From Mobula hypostoma (taxonomy: Eukaryota), in contig NC_086097.1 in assembly GCF_963921235.1 (NCBI RefSeq), forward strand, positions 210,740,001-210,804,000: 64,000 nucleotides of DNA, in the 5' to 3' direction. Both the position numbers and the translations under genes were made by a program. The notes beneath the pieces were generated by a model. That model did no database searches. It was not told where the DNA came from and was given only the letters and a program-made list of their open reading frames with translations. Positions within the stretch are counted from its first letter, which is position 1. The number at the start of each line of letters is the position of its first letter. Of this stretch, positions 52,946-64,000 are shown in pieces.

Positions 52946-55900
52946 AGGAAGCAGTGTGCATGTGGCAAAATCTGCAAGAACGATCGCGGCTTGAAGATCC
53001 AACAAGCGAGGATGAAGTGTTTGGCGGGAGCAGGAGCAGCACAATGCGCAGGTGTCCAACCTGGTGAGACGAAGGAGGGGCCAGGCCCAGAGTCACCCCA
53101 TAGTGCCCGGAACCTCCAAGTGTTGCAAACTAATCCCTCTAACATGAAGTCTAACAGGAGGTGGATCAAATGGCCTGCAGCTAACATGACTTCACTGTGG
53201 AAGCAGTTTGATGGAGATGTTAACCAAATTCTGGAGACAACGGCGAAGGGAGGGGTTGATAGGAAGCTGCAAGCCATGACAACAATTATTGTTAGTATCG
53301 CAGCTGAACGGTTCGGAGAAGAGGAGAAGGAAGGCTCCAAAACATCTTACTTGAAGAACCGAAGAGCATTGAGGATCCACAACATCAGGCAGGAGATGAA
53401 AGTGCTGAAGTCCCAATACAAGGAGGCAGGACAAGAGGAGCACATTGGCTTGGCCCAGCTGATGTGCATACTACGGAAGAAGATCAGGGTCCTCCGCCGG
53501 GCAGAGTGGCATTGAAGGCGGCGTCGTGAAAGGACTCCAAAACGTGCTGCCTTTATCGCCAACCCCTTCAAATTCACCAAGGAGTTGCTGGGGGAGAAGC
53601 GCAGTGGGAAACTGGCCTGTTCGCAGGAAGACATAGACCAACACCTGAAGAAGATATATAATGATCCTGAAAGAGAGCAGGAGTTGGGAGAGTGCGACAT
53701 CCTAATAGACCCACCTGAACCGGATGTCAGAGCTGCAACTAAAGGAAGTCAGAGAGGTCGTCCGCAAAGCAAGGGCAAGCTCGGCTCCAGGACCAAGCAA
53801 CACCTCGTACAAAGTGTACAAGAACTGCCCCAAATTCCGGCTGTGTCTGTGGAAGATCCTGAGAATCTTCTGGAGAAGGGGGAAGATCCCAGAACAGTGG
53901 AGAGTGGCTGAAGGGGTGTGGATCCCGAAGGAGGAAAATGCCACCCAGATAGATCAGTTTCGCATCATCTCCCTGTGTGTGTCGAGGCGAAGATCTTCTT
54001 CAGTGCCGTTTCTAACCGGCTGTGCACCTACCTAGCAAAGAACACCTATATTGATACATCAGTCCAGAAGGGTGGCATTTCAGGGATGCCGGGCTGTCTG
54101 GAGCACATTGGTGTGGTGACACAGCTCATCAGGGAGGCCAGAGAGAACAAGGGCAACCTGTCAGTGCTGTGGCTTCACCTGGCAAATGCATATGGCTCCA
54201 TTCCGCACAAGCTAGTGCAGGTCACACTGACCAAGTATCACGTCCCCAGCAGAATCAGAGATCTTATCGCTGATTATTACAGCAACTTCAGGATGAGGGT
54301 CTCTTCAGGAGCAATTACATCAACCTGGCACAAGGTGGAGGTCGGCATCATCACAGGGTGCACTATCTCAGTGACACTGTTCTCCCTAGCCATGAACATG
54401 CTCACTAAGTCTGCTGAACCAGAGTGCAGAGGGCCCAGAATGAATTCCGCTCAACGGCAACCACCTATCAGGGCATTCATGGATGACCTCACAGTCACGA
54501 CAGAATCAGTCCCAGGCTGCCAGTGGATTCTGCAAGGGCTCGAAAAGCTGGTGGAGTGGGCCCGGATGCGTTTCAAACCTGCCAAATCAAGATCAATGGT
54601 GCTGAGGAAAGGGAAGGTGGAGAACAAGTTCCGGTTCAGCATCGCAGGCACAGCCATCCCAACCATCACAGAAAAGCCAGTCAAGAGCTTAGGCAAAGTT
54701 TTTGACAGCTCTTTAAGGGACACAACATCCATTCAGGCAACCTGCACCGAATTAGATGGCTGGCTGAAATCTGTGGACAAGTCTGGCCTACCTGGGAAGT
54801 TTAAAGCCTGAGTGTATCAGCATGGCATTCTTCCCAGAATCCTGTGGCCCCTCCTCGTCTATGCAGTTCTGATCTCGACAGTCGAAACCTTAGACAGGAG
54901 GGTTAGCAACCACCTCAGGAGATGGCTGGGGCTGCCAAAGAGCCTGAGCAGCATCGCACTCTATGGACACCACAACAAACTGCAACTGCCCTTCAAATCC
55001 TTGGAGGAAGAATTCAAGGTAACAAGAGCCAGAGAAGTACTACAGCATAGGGACTCAAGTGACCTGAAGGTGGCTAGAGCAGGGATCCAAGTAAGTACTG
55101 GCAGGAAGTGGAGGGCAGAGGAAGCTGTTCAGGAGGCAGAGGCGAGGCTGCGTCACAGGAGGCTGGTGGGAGTGGTCACACGAGGCTGAGCCGGGCTAGG
55201 ATCCTTTCCAACTCCCCAAATGGACACCAGACGGAAGGAAAGACGTCGTCTAGTTCAGGAGGAGGTGAGAGCAGTAGTGGAGGAGATGAGAGCCTGCAAG
55301 GCAGTGGGAATGAAGCAGCAGGGAGCTTGGACAAGATGGGAGAATGCGGTTGAGAGGAAAGTGACCTGGGCTGATCTTTGGAAAGCCGAACCACACCGCA
55401 TCCAAATTCTCATCCAAGCAGTGTATGATGTGCTTCCAAGCCCATCAAACCTGCACACATGGGGCAAGGCAGAGTCATCTGCGTGCCCACTGTGCTCCAA
55501 GCGAGGAACCCTGGAGCACATCCTCAGCGGCTGTGCAAGGGCACTTGGTGAGGGACAGTACAGGTGGAGGCATGATCAGGTCCTGAAGACCATCGCTGAA
55601 GCCGTCAGCGCAGGAGTTGAGTGGGCAAAGCGGTCCCGACCCTCCAAGCAGACCATTGCCTTTGTCAGAGCTGGGGAGCAGCCAATACCTGCCAAAAGAA
55701 CATCTGCAGGCATTCTGACCTCTGCAAGGGACTGGCAGCTGCTGGTGGACCTCGAAGGGCAGCTGAAGTTCCCCAACCATATCGCAGCCACCACCCTGAG
55801 ACCAGACATTGTCCTAGTGTCTGAGTCTACTAAGCAAGTGGTGCTGCTGGAGCTGACAGTCCCACGGGAAGATAGCTTGGAAGAGGCCTTTGAAAGGAAG

Positions 55901-56290
55901 CTCTTCAAGGACACAGGACTGGTCAGCAACTGTCAGCAGGCTGGATGGAGAGTGAGGTGTCTCCCAGTGGAGGTTGGTTATAGGGGATTCATAGCTCGTT
56001 CTTTAGTTAGAGCCTTCAGCATTTTGGGCATCGAGGGAGAGAGGAAGAGGAGAGCCATCCACAGTACCACCGATGCGGCAGAGAGGGCCTCAAGATGGCT
56101 GTGGCTCAAAAGAGGGGAGCCATGGAGTCATAAGTAGCTAGCCATCTGGACACAAGCTGGGGTCTGATCAGCCCCGGCTGGGTCACCTGGAGGAGGCTGT
56201 ATGATTTTGAAAGACCCGAGACACCCGATGATTCCAGGAACATCACTGAAGATGTGTCCAGAAGCATCAATAGATGTATGTACACAGTTG
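52946..56290 (+). mobile_element. Hero/R2-group non-LTR retrotransposon (zinc finger, RT, CCHC, restriction-like endonuclease), decayed
   Basis: N-terminal CACGKICKNDRGLKI; RT LANAYGSIPH, GIITGCTIS, AFMDDL; CPLCSKRGTLEHILSGC, RWRHDQVL; RLE RPDIVLVS...LELTVP...ERK. The ORF ends at 56137 and has several stops and frameshifts. Confidence 0.93.
56145..56262 (+). ncRNA. Structured 3' UTR with rearranged hammerhead-like core motifs
   Basis: Six helices can be drawn by eye. GTA (56199-201), GAGA in place of GAAA (56218-21) and CTGAAGA (56246-52) sit at the helix junctions expected of a hammerhead. Confidence 0.6.
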
Positions 56291-56834
56291 CAAGCATCTT
56301 CGCTTTACAGAATTTTTGCGCAGACTTTTGCACAGTACCGTGAATATCTTCATCAGCATAGAGGAGGTTAGGTTATACCAACTTAATCTTGTTGGAAGAT
56401 TTATTATTATTTTCAACATCCTTATTTGCCTTATAATAAGGTGGTTTAGGAATTTTTGGCTTCTTCATGATGACATCTGCAAAATTCCCAATAGAACAGT
56501 CGTCCCTAAGGTACTGAAGAGCCACATGAATGCCTATAAAACACAAAATGTACTATTTTTCTACTTTCAAACATTGTGATACTTCAGAATGAGTCATATG
56601 GCTTATTCATACTACCTTAGTTATGCAATTGTGCATGGAAATTCATGTCACTGATCTGAAATGTTAGCTCTGTTATTTCCTCCACAAATGTGTGTGAACT
56701 ATTGAGCATTTCAGCCTCTTCTGTTTTTATGCAGTTGTGTATCTTGGGATTCTATGACAAAGTTGGAAACTTTTTTTTCTCTTCACCTTTTGACCCAAAA
56801 CCTCCTCAGAATGTGAGCCACAGCCAGAGGAGGG

Positions 56835-57220
56835 AATTTAGGGAGATCTCATTGAAACCTATTGAATGTTGAAATGCCAAGATAGCGTGAATGTGGAGGT
56901 GATGTTTCTTGTGGTGATGAAGTCTAGGACCAGAGGACACAGCCTCACAATTGAGGAATGTCTATTTAGAATGGAGATGAGGAGGAATTTCTTTAGCGAG
57001 TGTGGTGAATCTGTGGAATCTTTGCAACAGTCAGCTGTGGTGGCTTTTGGGTGTATTTAAGGTGGAGAATGATAGTTTCTTGATTAGTCAGGACATGAAA
57101 GTATACGGGGAGAAGCAGGAGAATGGGGTTGAGAGGGAAATGGATCAGCCACGATAAAATTGCAGAGTAGACTCAATGGGCCGAATGGCCTAGCTCTGCT
57201 CCGATACCTATGGTCTTATG
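56835..57220 (+). mobile_element. CR1 3' fragment
   Basis: KSRTRGHSLTIE...EMRRNFFS and a CR1 3' UTR with a tatggtct tail. Confidence 0.8.
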
Positions 57221-57470
57221 GTCACATATACAGGCCTCTCCTTCACTCATTCATGCTTCTATGAAATGGATTGTAACTCTACTGTATATATAAATAAATG
57301 TGATTTGTCCATCTTATCCTATTCAATTAACTTAATAGTTTTCCTGCTTTTTACTGTGGTTGATTGTCTCTATCAATTTAGGTATACTAACCTATTTCCA
57401 TACATCACTTTGCATTATAATCATACAGTGTGTAAAAAAAAAGACAGAAATTATTAAATTGGTTTATCAT

Positions 57471-60400
57471 TGAAGCACCTTCAATAACTCCAAAAGACTG
57501 AAGTTGGGTAAAATAATAAAAGGCTTTTATTCGCTGTACAATTCGACCTCCACAGTGAGTGTCTGCCCCCGGACTGAGGGGGAGGGGCAAGGTGAAACAC
57601 CTTTATACAGGATTCTGTGGGAGGAGCCACAGGGGCAGTCAGCAGAGGGGCGTGTCCAGACAGTTAACCCAGTTACAACATATATATATATATATGGTTT
57701 ACCACATTCACCCCTCTTTTTTTAAAAAAAGAGTCCCACAGGGTGAAGTGACTGACAATATTTACAACAAGTATAATTACAGGTCAAGTCTATCAGGCAG
57801 TCGAGTCCGTCACTGTGATCTACGTAGCACCAGTGGTGATTGCATTGGCAACGGCGGTTGTGCTGGCTCTGGCCTGACTTGAGGTGCCAGCGCATTAGGC
57901 GTTGTTAATCCTTTGCGCATGTGCGTCGCGCCCGGTATGGGAGTGTCATGTGGTGTCTGTATAGGGTTTGGGGTGCACAGTGTCTTGTAGGTACATACAT
58001 TGGTGTGTACGAGGTCAATAGTCACCACGAAGTGTTCAGGGTAGGGGCCCGGAGCTCCTGCAGGCGCCAGGTCGTGGATGGAGACCGTGTCCTCCCGCCC
58101 ATCAGATAAAACCACGTAGACATACTGAGGGTTCGCATGAAGTAAGTGAAACCTCTCGACCATCGGCGAGTATTTATTGCTCCTCGTATGTTTCCAGAGC
58201 AGCACTGGCCCCAGGGACGTCAGCCAAGTTGGTAGGGTGGTTCCAGTGGTCAACTTTCTGGGAAAAGAAAAGAGCCGCTCATGAGGGGTGGCATTGGTGG
58301 CCGTGCATAACAGGGAGCGGATGGAGTGGAGTGCCTCGGGAAGGACCTCCTGCCAGCGGGAGACCGGCAGTCCCTTTGACCTGAGGGCTAAGAGTGTGGC
58401 TTTCCACACTGTGCCATTCTCCTTCTCTACCTGTCCATTCCCCCGGGGATTATAGCTCGTGGTCCTACTGGTTGCAATTCCCCTAGCCAGTAGATATTGG
58501 CGCAGCTCGTCACTCATAGACGAGGACCCTCTGTCACTGTGGATATAGCATGGGTATCCGAACAGAGTGAAGAGCTTGCGCAGGGCATTTATAACTGACG
58601 TGGTAGTGGTATCAGGGCAGAGGATGGCGAAGGGGAACCGTGAGTACTCATCGATAACGTTAAGAAAGTACACATTGCGGTCGGTGGAGGGAAGGGGGCC
58701 CATGAAGTCAACACTCAGTCGCACAAAAGGGCGGGTGGCCTTGATGAGTTGCGCCTTTTCGGGTCGGTAGAAGTGCGGTTTGCACTCTGCGCAGACTTGG
58801 CAGTCCCTGGTCATCATCCTGATCTCCTCAAGGGAGTAGGGCAGTTCCGGGCTTTCACCAAGTGGAAAAGCCGGGTGACTCCCGGGTGGCAAAGGTCTAC
58901 ATGTAGGGCGTATAGCCGGTCAATCTGCGCATAGGGCATCGGAGGGCTCGTTGAGCTTCCCAGGCCTGTACATGATGTCGTAGTTGTAGGTGGAGAGTTT
59001 GATTCTCCACCTCAGAATTTTATCATTTTTGATTTTGCTCCACTGCTGATTATTAAACATGAATGCGACTGAGCGCTGGTCAGTTAGCAGAGTGAACCTT
59101 TTGCTGGCAAGATAGTGCCTCCAGTGCCTAATAGCTTCCACTATGGCCTGGGCCTCTTTCTCTACCGCAGAGTGCCGAATTTCAGGGCCTTGAAGGGTAC
59201 GGGAGAAGAACGCCACTGGTCTTCCTGCCTGGTTGAGGGTAGCAGCCAGCGCAAAGTCGGAGGGGTCACTCTCTACTTGGAAGGGAATGGCCTCATCCAC
59301 CGCATGCATTGCTGCTTTGGCAATGTCCCCTTTTATGCGGCTGAAGGCCGTGTGGGCCTCGGCAGAGAGGGGGAATGTGGTGGACTTGACCAGGGGGCGG
59401 GCCTTGTCTACATAGTTAGAGACCCATTGGGCGTAATATGAAAAGAAGCCCAGACACCTTTTGAGGGCTCTGAGGGTATTGGGAAGAGGGAGTTCCAACA
59501 GGGGGCGCATAAGGTCAGGGTCAGGGCCAATGACTCCATTCTCCACGACACACCCAAGGATAGCAAGTGGGGTGGCCCCGACTACACACTTGTCCTTGTT
59601 ATAGGTGAGGTTGAAAGATTTGGCCGCTTGGAGAAATTTTTGGAGGTTTTTGTCGTGATCCTGCTGGTCGTGACCGCAGATGGTGATGTAATCCAGATAT
59701 GGGAACTTGGCCTTCAGTTGGCACTGGTCCACCATCCGGTCCATTTCCCTCTGGAAGACAGATACACCATTCATGACGCCAAAGGGGACGCGCAGGAATT
59801 GATAAAGCCTGCTGTCCGCCTCGAAGGCAGTGTAAGGGCGGTCCTCCCGGCGGATGGGGAGCTGATGGTAAGCGGATTTTAGGTCTATGGTCGAGTACAC
59901 CTTGTACTGTGCTATCTGATTGACCATATCTGCGATGTGGGGTAGAGGGTACGCGTCGAGCTGCGTGAACCTATTGATGGTCTGGCTATAGTCCACGACC
60001 ATCCTATTCTTCTCCCTGTTCCGGACAACGACCACCTGCGCCCTCCAAGGACTTGTGCTTGCCTCAATGACCCCCTCCCTGAGCAGCCGCTGCACCTCCG
60101 ACTTAATGAAAGCTCTGTCCCCCGCGCTGTACCTCCTGCTTTTAGTTGCCACGGGTTTACAGTCAGGGGTCAGGTTGGCGAACAGCGGTGGGGGAGGGAT
60201 CCTGAGGGTGGAGAGGCCGCAAGTGGTGTCAGTAGTGTGGCAGTTGGCATGATGTTGGGTGGGATGTGCGGGTCGGTGTGTGTGTGTGGTCAGTAGCGGA
60301 GTACGTGACGTATCCCTACAAAACTGGGGATTTACGACAGTACTTGGTGGGAGGGGCCCATCATACTCCATTGTCACGGTTTGCAGGTGGCTCTGGAAGT

Positions 60401-61947
60401 CGAGCCCCGATAACACAGGGGCACACAGTTGAGGCAAGACCAGTAATGTAAAGTCTCGATATTCTCTGCCCTGCACCACTAGCATCGCTACACAACCCCC
60501 CTGGATGTCTGTTGTACGCGACCTGGAAGCCATGGCGACCCTCTAACTTACCGGCCGTATCGCGAGTCCTCAATGCTGCACCGTGGCCGGGTGGATAAAA
60601 CTCTCCGTGCTGCCTGTGTCAAACAGGCAGCTTGTCCTGTGCCCCTCCACCTGGATGTCCATCGTTGACCTTGCGAGCTGGTGGGGAGCGCTTTGGTCGA
60701 GGGTCACGGAAGCCAGGGTTGAGTCGCTGTCTTGGTCCGGCGCGGTGGGGTGGCCCGTGAGCACCCGTTGGTCGTAGGCGGTGGGAGGTGGTGCCGACCA
60801 AAATGGCCACCCCCATGTCTCGCACATGGTGGCAGCGTGCAGGGAAGGTGGCGGCAGGGAAGATGGCAGCCCCCATGTCTCGCACGTGGTGGCAGTGTGC
60901 AGGGAAGATGGCAATCCCCACATCTCACACGCGGCGCTGCTCGATCCCGCTCGTGGTTTTGACTTACAGACCTTGGCGAAGTGGCCCTTCTTTCCGCAAC
61001 TGGAGCAGGCAGCTTGACGGGCTGGGCAGCGTTTCCGGGGGTGCTTCTCCAGTCCGCAGAAGTAGTGCTTCGCGGACTCACGACTGGCGGCAGCCGAGGT
61101 CGATTCACCGGCGGGTTGTGAGGTCTGCGGCAGCCACGAGGCCATCAGGGGATCGCGTGCCTGGAGAGCCTCAGAGTTGTGCAGAGCAGCCTCCAGCGTA
61201 TCAGCCAGCTCCATTGCCGAACTTAAGGTAAGATCCGCTTTTTCCAGCAGCCACTGGCGCACATACACTGACCTGGTCCCCATGACAAAGGCATCTCTCA
61301 CTAGGAGTTCTGCATGCTGCGCCGCTGTCAGCTCCTGGCAATTGCAGGCCCGCACGAGCGTCCATAGGGCCTGGACGAACTTAGCACTCGATTCCCCGGG
61401 GCATTGTTGCCGTGTTGCTAAGCAGCGCAGAGCATAGACACTGTTTATCAGCTGCAGGTATTGTCCTTTGAGGGCACTCATTGCGCTATCATAGTTCGGC
61501 TGGTCTCTGATCAGTGAATAGACCCGTGGACTGACCCTGGAGAGTAGAACTCTGCGCTTCACTACGGGGTCGGTCGCTTTAATCTCCTCTAGGTACGCTT
61601 CGAAGCAGGCCAGCCAGAGTTCAAAAGCATTTCCAGCTTCAGGTGTTTGCGGATCGAGGTCTAATTTGTCTGGTCTCAGTGTGTGTTCTATGCTTTAAAA
61701 TGTACAGCGAATAAAATTGAAGCACCTTCAATAACTCCAAAAGACTGAGGTTTGGTAAAATACTGAAGGGCTTTTATTCGCTGTACAATACGACCTCCAC
61801 GGTGAGTGTCTGCCACCGGACTGAGGGGGAGGGGCAAGGCGAAACACCTTTATACAGGACTCTGTGGGAGGAGCCACGGGGGTGGTCAGCAGAGGGGCGT
61901 GTCCAGACAGTTAACCCAGTTACAACATATACATATGGTTTACCACA
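57471..61947 (-). mobile_element. Complete Gypsy/Ty3 LTR retrotransposon (Mag-like gag)
   Basis: LTRs at 57471-57706 and 61718-61947 (TG...CA; about 14 substitutions plus a TA-repeat indel by eye). 5-bp TSD atcat (57466-70, 61948-52). PPT at 57707-57723. Domain order gag-PR-RT-RH-IN. Confidence 0.96.
57777..61691 (-). pseudogene. gag-pol polyprotein of the Gypsy element, inactivated
   Basis: Probable start codon reads ATA at 61691. Knuckles (H)YFCGLEKHPRKRC and CSSCGKKGHFAKVC; protease LFDTGS; RT YLDY (expected YLDD); RNase H; integrase SVDFMGP, IHSDRGS, GNGQVE. In-frame stops at 60570 and 57810; frameshift near 58900. Confidence 0.9.
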
Positions 61948-62009
61948 ATCATTGTCACATGTAACAAGATACAGGTGAAGACTTTGTCTTGCATACTATC
62001 CATACATAT

Positions 62010-64000
62010 TGTGGCGAACATTTAGTCCATGATGACAGACGAGAAAAGCTTGTTTATTCCAACTGATGTCTTCTTTTTATTTCAAAATATACTTTATTCA
62101 AAAATAAATATATATGATAAACCATTCAATAACTTTCCATCCTTTACATACATTTCCATTAAAGTCAGTCCATATCCATATTTATGGCCCCCCGCGTGGC
62201 ACTCCAGTTGTTCACTTTACCACATCATTGTTGAGGGGTATACTCCCCGCCACCCGACCCCTCCCACTCCCACGGGTGGAGAAACCTATACCGTGGTCCT
62301 TCCCCACCGGGCCCTTGCGGTGGCTGCACCATGTTTCAGTGCGTCCCTCAGCACGTACTCCTGCAGCCGAGAATGTGCCAGTCGGCAGCATTCTCCCACG
62401 GACATCTCCATGTGCTGGTAGATCATCAAGTTTTGGGCCGACCAAAGAGCGTATTTCATCGAGTTGATGATCTGCCAGCAGCACTGGATGTTGGTCTCCG
62501 TGTGCGTCCCTGGGAACAGCCCATAGATCAGAGAGTCCTCTGTTATGCAGCTGCTGGGCATGAAACATGACACTAGCCCGTCCATCCTGCTCCACACCCT
62601 CTTTGCAAACTGACAGTGTGCAAAGACGTAGGTCACAGACTCCTCCTCACTGCAGTCCTCCCGTGGTTGGGCAGTGGGGTGCGGAGACGACGTTCCGGGC
62701 ATACAGGAGGGCTCTGACTGGGAGGGCCCCTCTCACCATCAGCCAAGCGAGGTCTTGGTGCCTGTTGGTGAGATCTGGCGATGAGGCAATTTGCCAGATG
62801 AACTGGACGGTCTGCTCAGGGAACCACCCCACTGTGTCCATCACGTCCTTCTCCTGCAGTGCCTGCAGGACACTACGTGCCGACCACTGCCTGATGGCCC
62901 TGTGGTCAAAGGCGTTCTCCTGAAAGAACTTTGCTACGTAGGACAAGTATGCCGGCAATGACCAGCTGACTGGGGTGTTGCGCGGGAGTGGGCCAGACCC
63001 ATCCTTCGTAGCCAGGGCGACAGGTAGAACCTGGGCACATAGTGGTACTTGGTGCCCACATACCTAGGTTCTACACACAACCTGATGCAGCCACATACGA
63101 AGCTGGCCATCAGGGTGAGGGCGACATTGGGGACGTTCTTACCCCCATTGTCAAGGGACTTGTGCATGATGGTCTGTCTCACCCACTCCATCTTGGATCC
63201 CCAGACAAATCTGAAGACAGCTCGGGTGATTTCCGAGCTGTAGGAGCGGGGGACGGGCCAGACCTGCGCCAAGTACAGCGGCCCTGAGAGCACCTCACAC
63301 CTGATGACCAGGTTCTTGCCCGTTATCGACAGGGAGCGCCCTCCCCACAGTCCCAGTTTCTGTTTTACCTTGGCAGTCCGCTCCTGCCAGTTCTTGTTGC
63401 ACATCTCAGCCCCTCCGAACCAGATCCCCAACACCTTCACGTGGTCAGACCTGATGGTTAAAGGGACGCTGGATTAGTCGGGCCAGTTGCCAAAGAGCAT
63501 GGCTTCACTCTTCGTGCGGTTGACCCTGGCCCCCGACGCCAGCTCAAACTGTTCGCAGATGCCAACCAACCTGCGAACTGACCTCGGATCAGAGCAGAAG
63601 ACGGTGACGTCGTCCATGTACAGGGAGGTTCCAACTGATGTCTTTATTGTGACAAGCACAGAAGGCAGCCCAGGCACTATGACCTAGGGAGAGCATTCAC
63701 TCAGTCACAGACAGACAGGGGAGGTGATTGTCACACACCCTTGTTAAAGTCAGGGTGATCCACAAACACACAGACAAATAACTGCATAACGCAAGCTAAA
63801 ATATAACAATAAATGAACTTGAATATCCCACCATAATCCCACAAAAGCATTTTAACACGAGAGCAACAAATAGCACTGGCCCCTAGGAATGCTGGGGCAG
63901 GCTGTCAACCAGCCCCCCTCCCCCGGAGGTGTCGGCCATGCCCAGCAACTCCAGAGTACACAACAAAGTCCAAAGGTCCTGGTGATGGCCGATGCTGCCA
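62010..64000 (-). mobile_element. Probable 3' LTR (62010-63911, interrupted by Tx1) and internal end of a second LTR retrotransposon
   Basis: Starts TGTGG at 62010, interrupting a LINE tail. Minus-strand AATAAA; CA at 63911 followed by a pyrimidine run (PPT complement, 63913-63924). Runs off the window, so the other LTR and the TSD cannot be seen. Confidence 0.5.
62073..63628 (-). mobile_element. Tx1/L1-clade LINE, 5'-truncated at the RT YMDD motif
   Basis: SLYMDDVTVFCSD, KVLGIWFG, WGGRSLSITGKNLVI, GGKNVPN, C-terminal Cys motif, A-rich tail. 16-bp TSD ttccaactgatgtctt at 62057-62072 and 63629-63644. Confidence 0.93.

Larger units (their letters stand above)
52356..56340 (+). mobile_element. 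Internally deleted Tc1 element hosting two later insertions
   Basis: TIRs ctgtactgtgcaaaaatctt (after TA at 52354-55) and agacttttgcacagtaccg. Tc1 C-terminus WPPQSADHNIGALWNYLERQ...AKGGHTKY at 52412-52633. Confidence 0.85.

Noticed and set aside
57777..58100. Chromodomain or env after the Gypsy integrase
   Set aside because: The C-terminus is a Pro/Thr-rich tail ending PDRLDL*, followed closely by the PPT; no chromodomain motif or room for env.
60805..60925. Tandem repeat inside gag as a novel domain
   Set aside because: Short in-frame duplications (CETWG..) in the variable gag-protease linker; unremarkable without other copies.

Overview
Eukaryotic, repeat-dense intronic or intergenic DNA with no complete host gene. 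The repeat mix (abundant CR1 LINEs, V-SINEs, Rex/Babar tails, Penelope pseudo-LTRs) suggests a cartilaginous fish, probably a ray; this is an inference. Recognisable elements: a full-length BovB-type RTE with TSD inside a CR1; many CR1 and Rex/Babar fragments; a hAT/Charlie transposon; Tc1 and mariner remnants; two related solo LTRs; a Neptune-type Penelope element; a Hero-type RLE non-LTR element; a complete, decayed Mag-like Gypsy provirus with both LTRs and TSD; and a Tx1-like LINE inserted in a second LTR. The most interesting signals are RNA-structural. (1) The Hero 3' UTR contains all hammerhead core motifs in an order that is not a circular permutation. (2) The Gypsy element has no tRNA PBS but a 16-nt PBS complementary to its own LTR, suggesting self-priming. 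(3) Minimal hammerheads occur in Penelope pseudo-LTRs, including a TSD-flanked palindromic mini-element. Also present: a 113-bp locally templated insertion, a nested fold-back rearrangement and one good candidate coding exon of an unidentified gene. All alignments and pairings were read by eye; no searches or folding programs were run.
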